This document shows, in pieces, positions 61,347 through 64,000 of a stretch of 64,000 nucleotides of DNA. Where the stretch lies: positions 1-64,000 of the forward strand of contig JBMFKU010000007.1 of assembly GCA_049971805.1 (NCBI GenBank). The letters run 5' to 3'. The position numbers and the translations under genes were made by a program. The first letter of the stretch is position 1. Every line of letters starts with the position of its first letter. The notes beneath the pieces are model-generated. The model was not told the origin of the DNA and searched no databases. It was given only the letters and a program-made list of their open reading frames with translations. The stretch comes from Caldisphaera sp. (lineage in GTDB: Archaea; Thermoproteota; Thermoprotei_A; Sulfolobales; Acidilobaceae).

Positions 61347-62041
61347 ACTCCTCTTACTTTTCTTTCTTCCTCTATAAATTTCTTAATCTTTTCTGTTAAA
61401 CCAGTAGTATGAGCCTGTTGTTCTATTATTTTTATTGCCATTTCAGATATGGATTCTAATTCTTCGTTTTGACATTTGATATGAATTACGCCATTTACGG
61501 CAACAAAAAATTCACAACCAGTTGATGACTTTAAAATTTCAATCATTGATCCCTTCCTTCCTATTACTCTAGGTATTCTTGTAGGATGAATTGTAACAAC
61601 TATCCCATCAACTATTTTACCTAAACCTTTATCTTGTACACTAAGAAGTGGGTTTCTAATTCTATCAAAAGCAGCAATTTTAGCCTTTATAAATTCTCCT
61701 ATTTGCAAATATTTAAACGGGTCTTCGGGTATTTGCCCACCTTGTTTTACCCCAAAGAAGTCCTGTACATTTAATATAGCTTGATATGGCGAATTTATAT
61801 CCAAAAACCAATTTGCTACCCCATGAGATGTAACTAACCCTATAACAACATCATTTTCTTTTGGCATATAAATCCCATTTAATGCAGAAAACGATGCTTG
61901 TCCTTCTTGCTTTATATCCAAAACACCTATTATTGATATTCTTTTTTCATTTCTATAATCAAAAACATAAAATTCCTGCGGATTACTCATAACACCCTCT
62001 ATTCTTTCTCCTGGAACTACTATCTTCCTATTTGAACTCAT
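61343..62041 (-). CDS. rrp4: Exosome RNA-binding protein Rrp4
   Basis: IVVPGE, S1 domain, [24 protein letters not shown]. Confidence 0.96.
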   Translation of the reverse strand: MSSNRKIVVPGERIEGVMSNPQEFYVFDYRNEKRISIIGVLDIKQEGQASFSALNGIYMPKENDVVIGLVTSHGVANWFLDINSPYQAILNVQDFFGVKQGGQIPEDPFKYLQIGEFIKAKIAAFDRIRNPLLSVQDKGLGKIVDGIVVTIHPTRIPRVIGRKGSMIEILKSSTGCEFFVAVNGVIHIKCQNEELESISEMAIKIIEQQAHTTGLTEKIKKFIEEERKVRGV

Positions 62042-62042
62042 C

Positions 62043-62756
62043 TTACTGAATCACCTTCACCGAAATATTAGCCTGTCCCTTAGCAAGCGTTTGTATCTTA
62101 TCTATCACTTCTAGTTGAGCCCCTGCGGGTATTTCAATTTCTGCTTTTAAGCTTCCATCGCTCATCCAATTAGTTTTTTTCAATCCACCTATTCTTTGCA
62201 TTTCTTTATATGCTCTTGAGGCATAATCCGATGGGATAGAAATCTCTAAAAGAGCCTTAGCTATTTTAATAGGCATTAATACAGCTAATTTTTTAACTAT
62301 TTCTAGGGCTTGAGTTTCTGAGCTCTTAAATGGATCTATGCTAATCCTCAGTTGCTCTAAAGCATTTTCTATTCTTTGTTCTGGAATAGGCTTTCCTGAT
62401 TTTGGATCAATTGTATTCTTTACTATATAATTTATTATTTGTTTTCTTTTTGCATCTATTAATTTCTTTCTTTCCTCCTCAGTTAATTGTATTTGTCCTT
62501 CTTTTAGTATTTTTTCTGCTATTTTTTCAATATCCTCTGTTCCAAATGCTTTACGAAGAGAATCTGGGCTTGCCTTTAAACCCTTTCTAACATCCTTAAA
62601 GATTGTGTCTGCCCATAAGATTTCTGATATACCTATTTTTTCTCCTTCTCTGAACTTAAATGCTAAATCCGGTTTAACTGGTATCTCAAATCTTTGTCCC
62701 TTTAACTCAATCCATGCTATGATATATTCTTGTTTTTTTGTCAAATTTATCACCAC
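62043..62756 (-). CDS. Ribosome maturation factor SBDS/Sdo1
   Basis: RFEI.V.P, IFKDVRKG.KAS, FGT.D, IDPKSGKP.P..RIENA. Confidence 0.96.
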   Translation of the reverse strand: MVINLTKKQEYIIAWIELKGQRFEIPVKPDLAFKFREGEKIGISEILWADTIFKDVRKGLKASPDSLRKAFGTEDIEKIAEKILKEGQIQLTEEERKKLIDAKRKQIINYIVKNTIDPKSGKPIPEQRIENALEQLRISIDPFKSSETQALEIVKKLAVLMPIKIAKALLEISIPSDYASRAYKEMQRIGGLKKTNWMSDGSLKAEIEIPAGAQLEVIDKIQTLAKGQANISVKVIQ

Positions 62757-62822
62757 TACCCTTTACTCTAGTATAGGAATAGCTATACAAAATTTTATTA
62801 ATTTTATAAAAATTATTTACTA

Positions 62823-63605
62823 TTAACTTAAAAGTTCATTTTTATTATTTAAAGCAATACCATTTATTTCCTTTTCACTTACCCTTGAAAATACTTTTTG
62901 TTTTGTGTCTATGTAAGCTATCTCTACATATGAGCCAAAAGCATTTATTAATTCTTCCTTTTTTTCATCGCTTGTTGCTATCCTACTCTTAAATAAAGCC
63001 TTAACGGCTAACTCTATTGCATCACTTAAGCTCATATCTTTGTTATACTGCTTTTCCATATAAGTATTTGCAACATCTCCTCCTAATCCTATCGCTACTG
63101 CATAATAAGAGAAATATTGACCGCCTGGCTCTGTTCTGTATAATCTTGGTATATTATCACTATTGACTCCGCCAAATATTAAAGCCACTCCAAATGGCCT
63201 AAAACCACCATGCTGTGTATATGCTTGTTTTATGTCTGCAACTGATTTAGTTATATACTCTACTGATGGGGCTTCTCCATATGTCAATCTATGCCTTATA
63301 GATATTTGTCTTGCATAATCTATTAAAACTCTCCCATCACTACCCATACCTGCAAATGTAACTCCAATATGATCATCCACTTTATATATTTTCTCTACCC
63401 CTTCTAAATCTAAAAGAGGTAACATTTTCCTTTTTTCAGCAGCCAAAACCACTCCTTGAGATGTCATTATACCTAAGCTGGTCCAGCCCTTTTTTACAGC
63501 TTCAAATGCGTATCTAACTTGATATAACTCGCCATCAGGGGAAAATATAGTTATAGCACGATCATATGCCGATGGAGGTGCAGCCATAGCCATTTCATTC
63601 ACCAA
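62823..63605 (-). CDS. psmA: Proteasome alpha subunit
   Basis: YDRAITIFSPDGELYQVRYA, YTQHGGFRPFGV. Confidence 0.98.
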   Translation of the reverse strand: MVNEMAMAAPPSAYDRAITIFSPDGELYQVRYAFEAVKKGWTSLGIMTSQGVVLAAEKRKMLPLLDLEGVEKIYKVDDHIGVTFAGMGSDGRVLIDYARQISIRHRLTYGEAPSVEYITKSVADIKQAYTQHGGFRPFGVALIFGGVNSDNIPRLYRTEPGGQYFSYYAVAIGLGGDVANTYMEKQYNKDMSLSDAIELAVKALFKSRIATSDEKKEELINAFGSYVEIAYIDTKQKVFSRVSEKEINGIALNNKNELLS

Positions 63606-63660
63606 AAATACAGTAAATTACCCGAATTTAAATATACTTGTATAGCTTTATGTTTAAAAA

Positions 63661-63855
63661 TTACCTTATTACTGTTCTATTTGCCCATTTTAGCTCTCTT
63701 GACTTTCTACCCAATTTTATTGCATTTTTATAACATTTGCTGCTACAGAACCACATTATTTCTCCCCTAGGTCCGACATACATCTTACCTGTTCCAGGCT
63801 CTATTATTTTTCCACAAAAGCTACATATCATTTCTTTTGGCATTTTTCTCCCCAA
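63661..63855 (-). CDS. rpl24e: 50S ribosomal protein L24e
   Basis: [17 protein letters not shown]...FCSSKC...LKW. Confidence 0.97.
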   Translation of the reverse strand: MGRKMPKEMICSFCGKIIEPGTGKMYVGPRGEIMWFCSSKCYKNAIKLGRKSRELKWANRTVIR

Positions 63856-63893
63856 AAAAATATATAAAAAAAGGGTTTAAAATCTTTTAAAAA

Positions 63894-64000
63894 TTACTTC
63901 TTGAAAAATATTACATAAATGAATACTGCTAAAACAACTATCATTATACCCATCATCAATGCTGTAAAAAATGTAGCAAATGGTGCTGCTGCCAGAGGAT
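63894..64000 (-). CDS. 3' end of a membrane protein entering from beyond the window
   Basis: ...PLAAAPFATFFTALMMGIMIVVLAVFIYVIFFKK* hydrophobic C-terminus. Confidence 0.6.
   Translation of the reverse strand, partial: PLAAAPFATFFTALMMGIMIVVLAVFIYVIFFKK

Overview
An AT-rich crenarchaeal chromosome segment, consistent with Acidilobales/Desulfurococcales such as Caldisphaera. This placement is inferred from unsplit RpoB, S26e, PriX, Tes and BHB tRNA introns, including one at 45/46. Most of the window is core genome: the RNA polymerase operon (rpoH-B-A1-A2), ftsY/pfdA/rplX, mat, rio2-DUF460, XPD, tes, cca/thpR, the L39e-L31e-eIF6-priX block, thyX, a rearranged proteasome/exosome/RNase P superoperon, and four tRNAs (three with introns). 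The accessory or unexplained content is: (i) a dsrE-tusA-(SQR-like + DUF1641-like)x2 sulfur-relay cluster with a convergent ArsR-type regulator and palindromic candidate operators; (ii) a phosphohexomutase gene whose centre is replaced by an inverted ~430-bp fragment of a DUF2341-like surface-protein gene; (iii) miniature non-autonomous derivatives of TnpB-carrying elements, one IS607-type with an in-frame TnpA-HTH/TnpB-tail fusion and two IS200/IS605-type, which may retain omega/reRNA ends; (iv) an unannotated 18-aa acidic microprotein; (v) a possible two-state RNA switch ahead of an MgtC/DUF4010 gene. No CRISPR array, rRNA or intact transposase was seen. All family assignments come from motif recognition by eye, not database searches.
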